A DNA stretch of 64,000 bases, from positions 1 to 64,000 of the forward strand of contig CDRNVI010000078.1 of the NCBI GenBank assembly GCA_977017575.1. The letters run 5' to 3'. Below, one piece after another: positions 30,601 through 41,468 of this stretch (the first letter of the stretch is position 1; each line of letters begins with the position of its first letter). The notes under the pieces are model-generated. The model saw only the letters and a list, made by a program, of their open reading frames with translations, searched no databases and was not told the DNA's origin. The position numbers were made by a program, and so were the translations under genes. Source of the DNA: Paramoeba atlantica. Its lineage: Eukaryota; Protista; Discosea.

Positions 30601-32195
30601 CTGGTCTTGTTTTTCCCTTTGTAAACATACAAGTTTGAAGTTTCTTCCGTTCTATATTCTATAATATTATATTCGTTCATGGAAAATTTTTATAATTGTT
30701 GTTTGAATAGTAGTATTTCGTGTGATGTCATGAAAGAAGATAAAGCATTTTTGGTCTAATTTTTAATGTTAAGATATACATCTCAAATGGAGGGTTTAAA
30801 TGAGGTGTGTCATTCAATCGAAATGCAACGTAATAACTCCATGCAAAAGACAGTTGTAGACAATGTAGAGTTGCAATCTATTTGCTTCATACACAGTGAT
30901 AATCATAATAACGTCCTCTGGTGTGATCATCATACACACATGTATCTTTAGAAGTTTTTGCCAAATCTCAACAACCTACATAGTTTATGACACCGCGAGG
31001 AGTGTCTTTATGTCGCATCGGTTCTTTTGTCTGCCTCAACCATGTCCGAAACTGCTGCTCCACACTCTCAAAAGTCGCATGAAGTAATCGACGTAGTAAT
31101 CAGTATTCGGTGTAGTAATCAGTAACCAAAATGTAGTAATTTACTACCGATTAAACATCATGTAGTAATTTACTACATGATTAATCCAGGGTATGTATTT
31201 AATATGACTCCGATTTTGGGCAAAATGCCCTTTTAAAGGGGGGTACATGGAAAATAATGTGAAAGAAAAAAAATCGGCGGATTCGATTTTTTTTATCTTC
31301 CCTGAAATCTATTTTGGCCTTCCAGACAAAATGGCCGTATTAAAGGGGGGGTCGTACGTAGCCCTATTAAATAGGGAGGGGATAGTATAAATACAAATTA
31401 TAAACGTTTTGGATTTATCTTTATAATTATAAATATATTTATAATTATAAATGGCTTTTAGGTGCTGTAAACCCAATTCCGAGAAAAATGGACCCCTTTT
31501 AGACCAAAAAAGCTGTTCTGCGTATCCGGATTTTCGTATTTTTCACTGCCTTGCCGCTCCGAGCCGCTCAGATGACGCTTCACCCCTCTTGCTTTGCTTT
31601 AAATTTCGAGCAGACTCATTTTTGTTTATAAATAAGAAGTATTTATAAATCTTGAGAACAGGGTAATTTATAATTAGTTGTTAGAGGGGGGTATACTATC
31701 CTGGAGAATATCCTGGAGAATATTTACTCCTGGACGATATCGACGAGATATAATTTATGATATCTCGATATTCTGGATTGGATTCCCCGATATTCTAGTT
31801 CGATATCGACGAGTGTCCTGAAGTTCGATATCAGACGTTGCAAAAACAAAAAATATCAACGGGAGCACAGCCAAAAACGCGAATACGTCTAGGTTGCGGT
31901 CGCGCTAATCAACACCACCCTCCTCTGAAAAATCGCGAGCTCTATGAAGAAGGTACTTCGATGCTCCACATACTAAGGGAGGCAATGGTCGGAGTCACAA
32001 AGCCTATGATGTTCAAGTATTTTGCAGAAGTTTCCCAGCATTTTAGTACCCTCACTGAGAAAGGACAGAATAAGTTTGGGCTGCGATTATGTAAGTATGC
32101 AAACATTATTCGTCGCCGAGTCAATGGCTGTACACAAATGGTTCCTGTGGCTCCGTGTTACAAAGCTACATGCATCAGTACTGAAAACCAATGGG

Positions 32196-32265
32196 AACAT
32201 GTGAGGGGCTGCGGGTGTGATCTCGCGTGATCTCGTCTTGGTCCTCACCCGCAGCCCCTCATGTT
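32196..32265. repeat. 70-bp dispersed hairpin element
   Basis: AACATGTGAGGGGCTGCGGGTG ... CACCCGCAGCCCCTCATGTT; half copies at 44872-44920 and 47047-47088. Confidence 0.75.
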
Positions 32266-32714
32266 ATGCTACCTCCTCATTTGATCTGAGGAGCGTCATC
32301 ATTTTCCGGCCCCATTTCGCGTGATGGCGCCCGTGCCGCAAAAAAATATGGGTGCACGTCGACTACAAAGAAAACACTGGGGATGACTTTTATGAAAGGA
32401 TTAAATACGAAATCTATTTATAAAGAAAAATACGTCGCATCAGCCGCCCTATGTGCACTAGTACGTTACTTATCTTAGTGTGCTACTACTTTATCCTAGT
32501 ACGCTACTTATCCTCAAACTGCCTGTTTTGAAGACGAAATGCGGAACATCTAATGGGGATAACGATAGATGTGTATACGCTTTACTACACTGACATGATA
32601 CTGTACAGATGATGCACATCAGCTAGTCACTGACGGTTCAAGGTCCATTTTTATAGGGAGCTGTTTTCTTGGGCAGTCACCCGTAGACCTTCCTGTTTGG
32701 AAGTTCTGTCAACC

Positions 32715-33920
32715 TTATTTGAGTGTATACACGAATCCGTGTCGTCTAGAATCTATGGAAATAAAATCGACTTTTTGAAGAGAAAAGGTTTGGCTTTCAA
32801 AAGGAAATGCGCTATCAGGGACATCAAAATCATGAATTTGACCACGAACGCCCTCGCCATGAGCATCATAAAAACATTGTATAGACTTAGCTAATCGAGC
32901 AATTCGCGATGTGTTGCCTTTAAATGTGAAACTGTTCGGAAAATCAGTGATCTTCTTGTTCTCTTGCATGCGAAAATAACATGCATCCATATCGATTGAC
33001 TGTCCCTGCTTCACTGGTAGCATACTTGATTGATTCAAAGATTTTGTAGAAATTCGTGTATCGTCGTCATCAATGATCCATGTGTGACCCCGAGTCCAGG
33101 ATACCACACTATCCGCATCTTCTTCCTCTATGTCGCATTCGGACAAACCCAATTCAGTATTAGATAGAGTTGAAAAGGCTGAGCTCATTGAGCTAGCTGT
33201 ATCCCCCAACGAGCTCTCAGATTTCTTTCTTTCGAGCGGTACTATTTCTTCAAAGAGGGTTTCAAGAGGAGCTTCACAACATTCATTATCCGAAAACGTC
33301 ATTTCACCTAATTTAGGATGAGACCAAAAACAATTCACCTGACTATTCTCCCCTACCTGACAGCTACCTGACTCTTCTCCAAGAACGATGGTAGTTCCTT
33401 TGGAGGTGTTTCGAAGGAATGTGGGTTTCGCGGTTTCGCTTTTTGCCATCTGGAAATTAGCAAAAACTCCATTCTCCTGCGAATCGCTGCGGACGTTAAC
33501 ACGTTCAGTATCCGATTTACTAGTTTCATCTCCCATACCGCCGCTGTGTTTATTGATCGAGACCTTGTACACGTACCTCCGGCGTGCACGGAGACGCACC
33601 CACCATGGCATCCAGTGTTGATGCTGTGGGAAATTTCTTAGCATAGGACGATCAAAATATCCAAGAGGATCTTCCGTGAACATCTTATTTCGTTGCAAGG
33701 TATATCGGTTTTCTTTAATTTTCCTTCGTTTGCGTGGTTTTCTGTGTTCAAAACTCTCCGCCGTCTCCGCCTTTGAGCTCTCATCTAAAGTTGCTGAGAA
33801 TTCTTTATCGTTTTTCCCAGAATCCCCCCCACCAGAAAGTGCAACTAGTAAAGCGGTCGTTTTGGCATCTCCCCGCATTTCAACCGCTTCCCTCTGGTTC
33901 GCATTGGTGAGCCAAGGCAT
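32715..33920 (-). CDS. Hypothetical protein (401 aa)
   Basis: Long ORF on the host-gene strand with a basic N-terminal cluster and an acidic/Ser-rich middle; no recognisable domain. Confidence 0.65.
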   Translation of the reverse strand: MPWLTNANQREAVEMRGDAKTTALLVALSGGGDSGKNDKEFSATLDESSKAETAESFEHRKPRKRRKIKENRYTLQRNKMFTEDPLGYFDRPMLRNFPQHQHWMPWWVRLRARRRYVYKVSINKHSGGMGDETSKSDTERVNVRSDSQENGVFANFQMAKSETAKPTFLRNTSKGTTIVLGEESGSCQVGENSQVNCFWSHPKLGEMTFSDNECCEAPLETLFEEIVPLERKKSESSLGDTASSMSSAFSTLSNTELGLSECDIEEEDADSVVSWTRGHTWIIDDDDTRISTKSLNQSSMLPVKQGQSIDMDACYFRMQENKKITDFPNSFTFKGNTSRIARLAKSIQCFYDAHGEGVRGQIHDFDVPDSAFPFESQTFSLQKVDFISIDSRRHGFVYTLK

Positions 33921-34124
33921 GTAAGCAACAAAATCTCACTGCATAGGGATAATAACTAGTTAGACATACTGGATGAGAGCACTACAAAATTAAGTTTTTT
34001 TTAATTAAGAGGTTTCAGTGTACAGAGATAACATACATACGTGTTGTAGATACTACAACAGTTGTATCTTCGGAGCAATCGTGGATAGTACTATTGACCT
34101 ATTCAAGGTAATTTAAAGCAGACA

Positions 34125-34814
34125 TCATACATTGGTTGAAATATTTCGGGAATATATCCGACTGACCCAAAGAGCGTCAGCAGGTTCCACTGAGGTGTAA
34201 TAGTTGGAGACGATTTCTCCTATTTGAAAACCATGATTGCGATAAAAAGACAACGCTTCATCATTCCCTACTTGAACATGCAAAGCAATTTCGGCTACGT
34301 GATGTTCCTCTGATGAAATTTTATCTATCGCGCCCATGAGTCTGTAAAATAACTTGGTTGCTACACCCAGGCGACGATAGGCCCGTAGTACGGCAAGTGT
34401 CATGATATAGCAGCGAAGAGGTCCATTCTTCTGACTAGTGCCTGAAGAAATCTCCTTTGATTCCGACTTCAGTGCGTACTCTTTTTCTCCAAAAGTCGTC
34501 AATGATTCCTGTTTTTTTATGTATTCCAATCTACAGCATATAACGCCTACTGGTATGTCGTTACAATATGCCATGTAGTTGAGCTCCAAGGAACTGTCAA
34601 AAATTCTTTCGTAAAATGTGTCTGAGTATTTCACAGGTAACACGCTTTCTTGTATCAGCCGGACGCGAAACGCCATTCGATTATCCTTCAAGGGTTGTAT
34701 ACGTATTTTTAGCTTTTCGGAAGACTTAGAATCGTGCCCTGGAATGTATTCAGTTTTCACATTGTCTTTTGTTTCGCAAGGACCAGACACTCCAGAGACT
34801 ATTTGTTCATGCAT
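34125..34814 (-). CDS. NAA50: N-alpha-acetyltransferase 50 (GNAT family)
   Basis: LPVKYSDTFY, YIMTLAVLRAYRRLGVATKL, LHVQVGNDEALSFY, YY..VEPADA. Confidence 0.88.
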   Translation of the reverse strand: MHEQIVSGVSGPCETKDNVKTEYIPGHDSKSSEKLKIRIQPLKDNRMAFRVRLIQESVLPVKYSDTFYERIFDSSLELNYMAYCNDIPVGVICCRLEYIKKQESLTTFGEKEYALKSESKEISSGTSQKNGPLRCYIMTLAVLRAYRRLGVATKLFYRLMGAIDKISSEEHHVAEIALHVQVGNDEALSFYRNHGFQIGEIVSNYYTSVEPADALWVSRIYSRNISTNV

Positions 34815-35429
34815 TTTTCAACGAGAAAAGAAGAGGTACAATTCATTTTATTTAATAAACGCTCAAAATAGGCATAGAAGAGAAGATTTTGACCGAAAGA
34901 AATGTCTGTACCAAAGCTGAAATGATATTGTACCTCCCGACTTAATTGTCACCCCTTTTTAGAGAAAAGCGACAAATAACTAGGAGGTAGCTGTAGCTAG
35001 GCACATTCCATCTGAAGACCTTCGACCAAAACTGAAATATAAGTAAGGGGGTGGGCAGTGACCATTATGTAGAGGGGGTATAGTAATATGGAGACTTATA
35101 CATATACTTATACATATACTTTGACGAATGAGATCGAAAGATCCCCTAGACGCTCCACTCCGTAGCTACGACTCGCTAGGTCGGAAAACGGTTCCCTTTT
35201 CTTGACCGACATATCTAAGCGACGAGGATAAAAATGCTGCAAATTGTAAATAAACATTCTGTTCTCCTCATGATGCCATTGTGATTGAGGCGAGTATCCT
35301 GCTGAAGTTGATGCGAGTGATCCCACTTTCTTCAAAATATGAAGCCCAAAAAAGTTAACGTTCAGCATTCAGGATAGATCACTTGCCAAGACTTCTCCCG
35401 ATTCTCCTTTCTCCTGGCTCGACCATTTT

Positions 35430-38400
35430 TCATTCTTCTTCTTTTTCCTCTTCTTTCGTCCACTGTTGCCTTTGAGATGACAAAACGTTATACTCTGTTG
35501 TACTGGGAACTAGTTCGCCTTCGCTTTCGCTTTCCTGATTTAGTAACCTCCGTAGCGTGCCTTCACGATACGTAGAAAGTCGGGCAAAAAGAGCCTTACC
35601 AAACATCATGTGCTTCGAACGCTCTTCTCGACAAGTTCGTATTACTTGATGAAAGGCTGCATTCACTGCTTCAGAAAGCGTTCGGGTGTGAGCCTGACTG
35701 CCAGATAATAAAAGTATCGAACGCGTGCTTGAAGGAGTCAACAACCTTTTGACCATAGGATCAGGAGCAAGGAGAAGTGCCTGGGATAAACCCTGTGCTA
35801 CATATCTTGCCATAACGGGGTACGTTTCGGAGTCGTTGTCCCAGTCTAACGGAACTGATCGTTGTAAATTGTTCCGTATCACGTGCTTCAGAAGTCCGTG
35901 AGTCAGCAATTCAAGAGGAATACGAAGAACATGGCACGAGCTGAGCTCAAACGCGCTCAACAAGTCAAAAAAGAGGTGCGCCAGAGTTTCTGTTAATTGG
36001 GCCTCAGTAGCGTACACATAATTGCGGTATTTTGGGACGAGCACGCGAATAGACTGACCTTTTTCTGATAGTACGTGTTGCACCTTATATTGCGAATCCT
36101 TAGAGCTTCGCAGAGACGCAACGCTTATGTGACATACGTCGGGAACATACGAATCGCGTTCACCTTCAATTTCTTTTGAAAGACGTTTGAGATGAAAAAC
36201 GTTATCTCGAGCGTCATTATCGGTTGCCAAAAAAAGAGTCTGCATTTCCGCGAGGTGCTGTTCCGTTGGCGCAAAAAGTTCAAGCTCTCGAACAAGTTGA
36301 CTTCGAATCCGACAAAGGGAAAGGCTGAAACGAAGATTTTGAAAAAGCGTCCCGGAGGTGACGTGAAGCCGTAGTTGGCGACCACGGAGAGACCCCACTG
36401 GTGTGTTTTCTGCGGTGTTCCCAGAAGAATCTGTGGAGGGGACTTTGACAGATGATTCATCATCGCTTGTGTCCTCCGACTGAAAATGGTTCCACTCTTC
36501 ACCCTCTTTGCGAAAGGCATCCTCTAGTGCCCCAATCAGGACTTCGGGGGTAAGTGAAATAATAATCTCTCTTGCTGGAGATGGGAGACTGGACATCTCA
36601 GCAGATAAAAAAGGGGTCACACGAAGTTCCCTGTACTCGTGTGGTGCCCAGCGAAGTCGATTAAACAAATGTGCGTACGCGCGTTGAAGTTTAACTCGCA
36701 GCCTCTGTATCACCTCTTGCATGGCATCAGAAAATTGCGCTCCCATAGAACGCAAGTGGTGCAATTCGTCTTCAGCCTCTGTCCGTAAAATGCGTTCCAA
36801 TGCATCGATGTCCAGCATGTGACCGGTGGAGCGTGGATGTGTTGAGGAATCAGGACCGACATTTACGTCGCGAAAAATATAGGACGTGTACCGCGCAATT
36901 CGAGCAGCCGTATTAAACAGAATGCCACTTGTAGTTTCGTCATCTGCGGGTGTTGACACATTTTCTCGGTCGCTATCCGCATTTCGCGTTCCCCCTACGA
37001 TCTCTTTTACTGGAGAACCACTAGTTCTGTCAGTGGAGGATCCAGTCCCTTCATGAGACACGAAAGAAACATCAAGAAGAAACCTTGTGTTTTCAAAAAC
37101 AACCTCGTTAACAAGCTCGTCCATTTGGTCGGTAGACACATACAGGTCCGCGATTTCGCTAGACACCGGAGGGGTTAAGCCTTGTTCAACTTGCGATGTG
37201 ATGAGAGAGATATTGAGACAGGGATTCCTACCGCTGCTGTACAACATTAGTCTCTGCGGTGGGCACGACCGATATAAATCGTGAGCCGTATGAAGAGCGG
37301 CTTCAAGCAATTCGCTATTTTGACCCGCAGCGTATAGCTCATTGACTTCATCTGTGCCATAGAGGTGAGGAACTGCAAGTATTGTTTGGTACATGTGAAA
37401 CATCTCCGGATCTTCCAGCCCAAGTTGGTTTGACTGCCGCAAAATAGTGTCGTAGGTGCGATCGAGTTCCAAGCGCGCATGTAGCATCATGGAAGCAGAC
37501 AGATAGACGGGCATGAAAAGAGGGTCAGTCGCAAAGAAAAAGTCAAAGAACCGACCGACGACGTGTACGGGGCCCTTATCGTAGGCTGTAGCAAACAGAG
37601 TCGCGATCCAAGCCATGGCGTAGTTCCCCTCCATGTGCCCGGAGGCCTCGATGTGCCTGGCTACTATGGGATTACGATATTCCACCAGAGGATGAACAAG
37701 GCGATATAAAGCCTGGGTAAATTTCATTCCATGAGTAAGATGCGGCCGAATCCAGTATTTTTTTAGCAGATGCATCAGAGGAATCGCGTCATCTTTGCTG
37801 CAAAGAAGATAGGGCACTAAAGCCACTTCATTCAGCCCTTGATAGTAGGACGCTTCGTGATCGTTAGAGAACACTTGTTTCATTATGAACCAAAGATCAT
37901 CCTGCTGCTTGAGATCTGTTGTGTTTCCATAGCGGCATCGGGACAAATCCTTTTTTATTTGTACAGACGTAGTGGCTTCCATCAATGATTCCGTATAACC
38001 TATGGGCCACGTAACCGTATTCTCGTACTTCAGTAGTCTACGCCATGCACAACAGCGATCCATGATGTCCGTTCTCAAACCGGACTGAATCGCCCGATGG
38101 CGCAGACGAGCCAAAGCGGAATGAAACTGATTCTCCGAATCCAGGTTTTGCTTTAACCAGCTTCGTGCGTCCGAATTTCTCAAAATTAAAAATGGCGTCG
38201 AGTATACGAAATAGCTGCGAGGAGCATATCGAAAAGAGAATCTACCTCCAGAACGTTCTGTACAGTTCATATAAAAATGAAAAACGTTTTCCGTTTTTTT
38301 GGCGGCTAAAGCTAATGTCTGAATAGCACTTGAGGAGATGGATGTAGAAGTTTCTTTCGAAACAGTTACGGCGGAAGCCAGCCATGAGATCGCGGCCCTG

Positions 38401-39860
38401 CTTTCGTCATTTGTAGGCAGCCCCGCTTCAATTGCAAGTCCACACTTAGTCAAGCGTTCTCCTTTTGTCCAAGTTACATTTATCATCTCTTCCTCAAAAT
38501 ATATAGGCAATTGTTTCTCTGCAGAAAGAAAAGCTGTGCTTGATAAGAGCAGGGGAACGGGTTGAGGTTCTGGACTTAGAAATACAACTTCTTCTAATTT
38601 CTCAGCCTGATTCCGGATAAAGAAGTCTTCGCTATACGTCTTTGGCACCGCTGGTGGCAAGAAACCGTTGTCTTCGATGGGAGCTTCAAGAAGGTCTACA
38701 CCATGGAAGACAACTCGGTACCACCCTGATCGAAGCTCTTTGGAGGGAAGTAAAAGCTCCCATTGATGTTCAGGAAAATCTTCATATTGTGTTGATTTCG
38801 CGAGACCTTTTTCGGCATACGTTGAAAATCGGGACATAATCTGTTTGAGTGGAATTTTATGGTTCGAAGGAAAGGAACGAATTACTCTATGTCTTCGCGA
38901 AAGTGAGGCGTGCGAGAATCTAAGAGCAATGTTCGGAATAGGAGAATATGTTGTGGAAGCAGAGCGGTACTCTACGCTTATCATTGCTCGGCTTCCTACC
39001 CAATTGCGATACGCTCTGTACAGAAAATTTAGTTGAACCGATAAAGTAAGCTCAGCTTCGGACACTACGATGGTATTATAAAGAGGCTCCTTCTTGGGAT
39101 ACTGTATCAGCAGTTTCCCTCGTGGCAATAAATGAAAAGGTTCAGTGTAGCGCAAGCCCACACGGAACACGTAGCACGCTTTTAACGGTTGGGATGAAGT
39201 GTGTAATGTTCCTCCTTCTCTTTCCGGTACGCGTAAGAGAATTCTTTTTCGTGTGTCACTCCACACGACTTTTTCGCACGGAATACACCCCCCTTCCTTT
39301 GGATTTTGCAGAATCGGATGAAACTCTAACAGATCGATTTCACAGAGATCTACAGTATCGGCACTTGAGCGCAAGACCTGAGAAGCAAAGACGTCATACC
39401 AAGAATGATCTTCCGTATCTGTGCGACGTAGACAAATTCTGTCCCCGGCAAATAAAACAGGACCAAGGTGCTTGTCACGGCACACTGGTGTTCTGTCCTC
39501 CACAAGAGAAGTCTGAGACGTGTCCGAACGTGACTTAGGGAATGGATAAAATTCCCAGCCTGCATACCTGGCCCATTCGGGTGTCGCATATGCAGGAGGT
39601 CCCAAAACATTTGATAGCTGAATCGCCGGATCGGCAATAATCGCCGCTCGAAGGCTTTTCCTCTCCTTTTCAAGTTCGGGGTCGCCATCTACACAAGAAG
39701 TTGTGATAAATGCTCTTACGCATCGAATCCACGGAAGCGTGGCAGATGACGATTTTTCTTTTTGTGACACACATACGTCCGTACTGCACAATCGATTTGA
39801 GGTCTTGTCAATCCCGTTAAAAAGAGATAAAAACAAGAAGCAGAAGAATAGAAGTTTCAT
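35430..39860 (-). CDS. Large TBC (Rab-GAP) domain protein with a signal peptide, paralogue 1
   Basis: R-finger IKKDLSRC and Q-finger YYQGLNEV; likely start MKLLFFCFLFLSLFNG at 39860; collinear with 49330-54483. Confidence 0.85.
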   Translation of the reverse strand: MKLLFFCFLFLSLFNGIDKTSNRLCSTDVCVSQKEKSSSATLPWIRCVRAFITTSCVDGDPELEKERKSLRAAIIADPAIQLSNVLGPPAYATPEWARYAGWEFYPFPKSRSDTSQTSLVEDRTPVCRDKHLGPVLFAGDRICLRRTDTEDHSWYDVFASQVLRSSADTVDLCEIDLLEFHPILQNPKEGGCIPCEKVVWSDTRKRILLRVPEREGGTLHTSSQPLKACYVFRVGLRYTEPFHLLPRGKLLIQYPKKEPLYNTIVVSEAELTLSVQLNFLYRAYRNWVGSRAMISVEYRSASTTYSPIPNIALRFSHASLSRRHRVIRSFPSNHKIPLKQIMSRFSTYAEKGLAKSTQYEDFPEHQWELLLPSKELRSGWYRVVFHGVDLLEAPIEDNGFLPPAVPKTYSEDFFIRNQAEKLEEVVFLSPEPQPVPLLLSSTAFLSAEKQLPIYFEEEMINVTWTKGERLTKCGLAIEAGLPTNDESRAAISWLASAVTVSKETSTSISSSAIQTLALAAKKTENVFHFYMNCTERSGGRFSFRYAPRSYFVYSTPFLILRNSDARSWLKQNLDSENQFHSALARLRHRAIQSGLRTDIMDRCCAWRRLLKYENTVTWPIGYTESLMEATTSVQIKKDLSRCRYGNTTDLKQQDDLWFIMKQVFSNDHEASYYQGLNEVALVPYLLCSKDDAIPLMHLLKKYWIRPHLTHGMKFTQALYRLVHPLVEYRNPIVARHIEASGHMEGNYAMAWIATLFATAYDKGPVHVVGRFFDFFFATDPLFMPVYLSASMMLHARLELDRTYDTILRQSNQLGLEDPEMFHMYQTILAVPHLYGTDEVNELYAAGQNSELLEAALHTAHDLYRSCPPQRLMLYSSGRNPCLNISLITSQVEQGLTPPVSSEIADLYVSTDQMDELVNEVVFENTRFLLDVSFVSHEGTGSSTDRTSGSPVKEIVGGTRNADSDRENVSTPADDETTSGILFNTAARIARYTSYIFRDVNVGPDSSTHPRSTGHMLDIDALERILRTEAEDELHHLRSMGAQFSDAMQEVIQRLRVKLQRAYAHLFNRLRWAPHEYRELRVTPFLSAEMSSLPSPAREIIISLTPEVLIGALEDAFRKEGEEWNHFQSEDTSDDESSVKVPSTDSSGNTAENTPVGSLRGRQLRLHVTSGTLFQNLRFSLSLCRIRSQLVRELELFAPTEQHLAEMQTLFLATDNDARDNVFHLKRLSKEIEGERDSYVPDVCHISVASLRSSKDSQYKVQHVLSEKGQSIRVLVPKYRNYVYATEAQLTETLAHLFFDLLSAFELSSCHVLRIPLELLTHGLLKHVIRNNLQRSVPLDWDNDSETYPVMARYVAQGLSQALLLAPDPMVKRLLTPSSTRSILLLSGSQAHTRTLSEAVNAAFHQVIRTCREERSKHMMFGKALFARLSTYREGTLRRLLNQESESEGELVPSTTEYNVLSSQRQQWTKEEEKEEE

Positions 39861-40184
39861 CTCATGTTGGTATGACAAGGTTCTCGCATTAGATTGCTGC
39901 GCATTGCTGTTCCATTATTATAAAAATAAATTGTTCGCTTTAAGAAACATTTGCACTTCTAGTTTGTATTTCTATTCTGAACTCAAAGCTATGGTTCTCC
40001 TGACTCAACACGCGAATCATACCATATTCGACATGCTGTGAATGACACATGCGGATCTTGAATTGAACTGCGAATCAACTGTGAAATTTCTCTTGCTCTT
40101 GTATATAGAAGTATAAAAAGTAAAATACGTTTAAAAAGCCCCAAAAAACAAGCTAGCGAAATATTTTTGAACGGTGTAACTATG

Positions 40185-40805
40185 TTAATTTGGCGCCCCA
40201 AAAGCTTCGGGAAGTCTTTCAATTGTATATCGATGACGACTAATGTACATGATGGGAACACCCGGGATCTTTCTAATTCTTCTTTTCAGATCTTTATCAC
40301 AGGTTGCTACAATATAAATTCGATGTTGCGTGATGCGGTCAACAATGCAATCATCCGCGTAAGTGCTACCGCAGTGCAAACGCTGAAAACGAGGATCTCG
40401 TGCTAATCGAAGTGCGATACGAAATTTTTTCCCCAGTTTTTCCATTTCAGCCAGCACGCAATCACAAACACATGGTACACATTTCGCCATCAGGCAGTCC
40501 ATCATTGAAGGAATGATTTCCAACTTATTTTGCATGGAAAAATTTATAAAATTTGTGTCTAGAAGAATATGAAAGGGAGGCCCAAGGGCATGATTATACG
40601 TGAGAAACATTGAGCTTGGCATTTGTTCGGTGCGACGAACTTCTTTAGCGTCAAAATGTTGAGCATCTGCGTCGGTAAGACCTTTCCTGTTGTATGTAAC
40701 TTGATACTGGTGATGCTCTTCTTCCTTTTCTCGTTCTCTTTGTAGTCGGTCTTTATGGAGAATGCGCTTTATAGCTACCCTGCGTGTTTGTCGTGATTTC
40801 GTCAT
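40185..40805 (-). CDS. FCF1: rRNA-processing PIN-domain protein Fcf1/Utp24
   Basis: [55 protein letters not shown]. Confidence 0.95.
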   Translation of the reverse strand: MTKSRQTRRVAIKRILHKDRLQREREKEEEHHQYQVTYNRKGLTDADAQHFDAKEVRRTEQMPSSMFLTYNHALGPPFHILLDTNFINFSMQNKLEIIPSMMDCLMAKCVPCVCDCVLAEMEKLGKKFRIALRLARDPRFQRLHCGSTYADDCIVDRITQHRIYIVATCDKDLKRRIRKIPGVPIMYISRHRYTIERLPEAFGAPN

Positions 40806-41030
40806 GTTAGAATATTTTTTATCGGAAAGTAAACTTGTACGATGTCAAAAGAGACAAACGAACCACAGACGTAGAAAAAATAGGAAAACTGTAGAGTTGA
40901 GAAAAGCAGAACGCCAAAAGTCTAACTTACAACGGTGCGCTAAACGTAGCGCATCTTTTCATAATAGAATTTTGAAGGTGCGTGAGACGTACACTTAAAA
41001 GTAGAACGGTGTGACAAAATTTTTACAAAA

Positions 41031-41165
41031 CATACCCTGGATGGGGTAATGAGGTAATTCCCTCCCATCAGTGACTTCGTTAAACGCGGTGGTTGTTTTC
41101 AACTTAGAAGTCACTCATGCTGCGCGCTTCGCGTTGAAAACTAGCTCCGCGTTTAACGAAGCCAC
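41031..41165 (+). mobile_element. Solo left end of the CATACCCTGG (hAT-like #3-type) family, followed by a ~90-bp hairpin
   Basis: CATACCCTGGA at 41031; no matching right end or TSD found; the hairpin is shared with 19347-19437. Confidence 0.5.
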
Positions 41166-41468
41166 TGAAAAAGAAAAATTGCCAAAACAGCATGAAAGAA
41201 CAATTTTTTGGGGGGTGAAAAAGCCCGATTTTTAGGCGAAAATTGCGAAATTTTACCCCAAATTTGGGCCGTTTTTGATGCCTTACCAATAGGGGTAAGG
41301 AGGCGAATCTAACGAAAAAAACGTCGTAGAATGGTAGCTGAGGTCCCAAAATCTTAAAATACGTTTTAGGAGCCGATTTTGGATAAATAAGATTTTTACT
41401 TTTTTTTTGGTCAATTTTTTTTGGTCAATTTTTTTTCGGCATTACCAAAAATTTCGGAAATTTTGACC

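Larger units (their letters stand above)
17779..31195 (+). mobile_element. hAT-like DNA transposon #3, expanded to 13.4 kb by nested inserts
   Basis: Imperfect ~34-bp TIR CATACCCTGGA(G/T)TAATC..ATGTAGTAAATTACTAC; 6-bp TSD TATTTA at 17773-78 and 31196-201. Confidence 0.9.
17762..31385. mobile_element. MITE with CTATCCCCCCCTATTTAATA TIR, split by hAT-like #3 (nest layer 3)
   Basis: Left end CTATCCCCCCCTATTTA|ATA, right end TATTAAATAGGGAGGGGATAG; TA TSD at 17760-61 and 31386-87. Confidence 0.8.
17741..31691. mobile_element. MITE of ~325 bp once nested inserts are removed (nest layer 2)
   Basis: TIR CCCCCCTCTAA(T/C)AA(G/C)TAATTATAAAT at both ends after removing the inner insert; TA TSD at 17739-40 and 31692-93. 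Confidence 0.75.
11375..32230 (+). mobile_element. Tentative outermost pogo-like host element, fragmented by nested insertions
   Basis: pogo-type left end TA|CCGTCCCCCCCCTATTTA at 11375. Pieces at ~17600-17740 (..PAKKRRID) and 31838-32230 (HPPLKNRELYEEG..RRRVNGCTQMVP) are homologous to the pogo transposase at 24568-25362. Right TIR not found. Confidence 0.5.
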
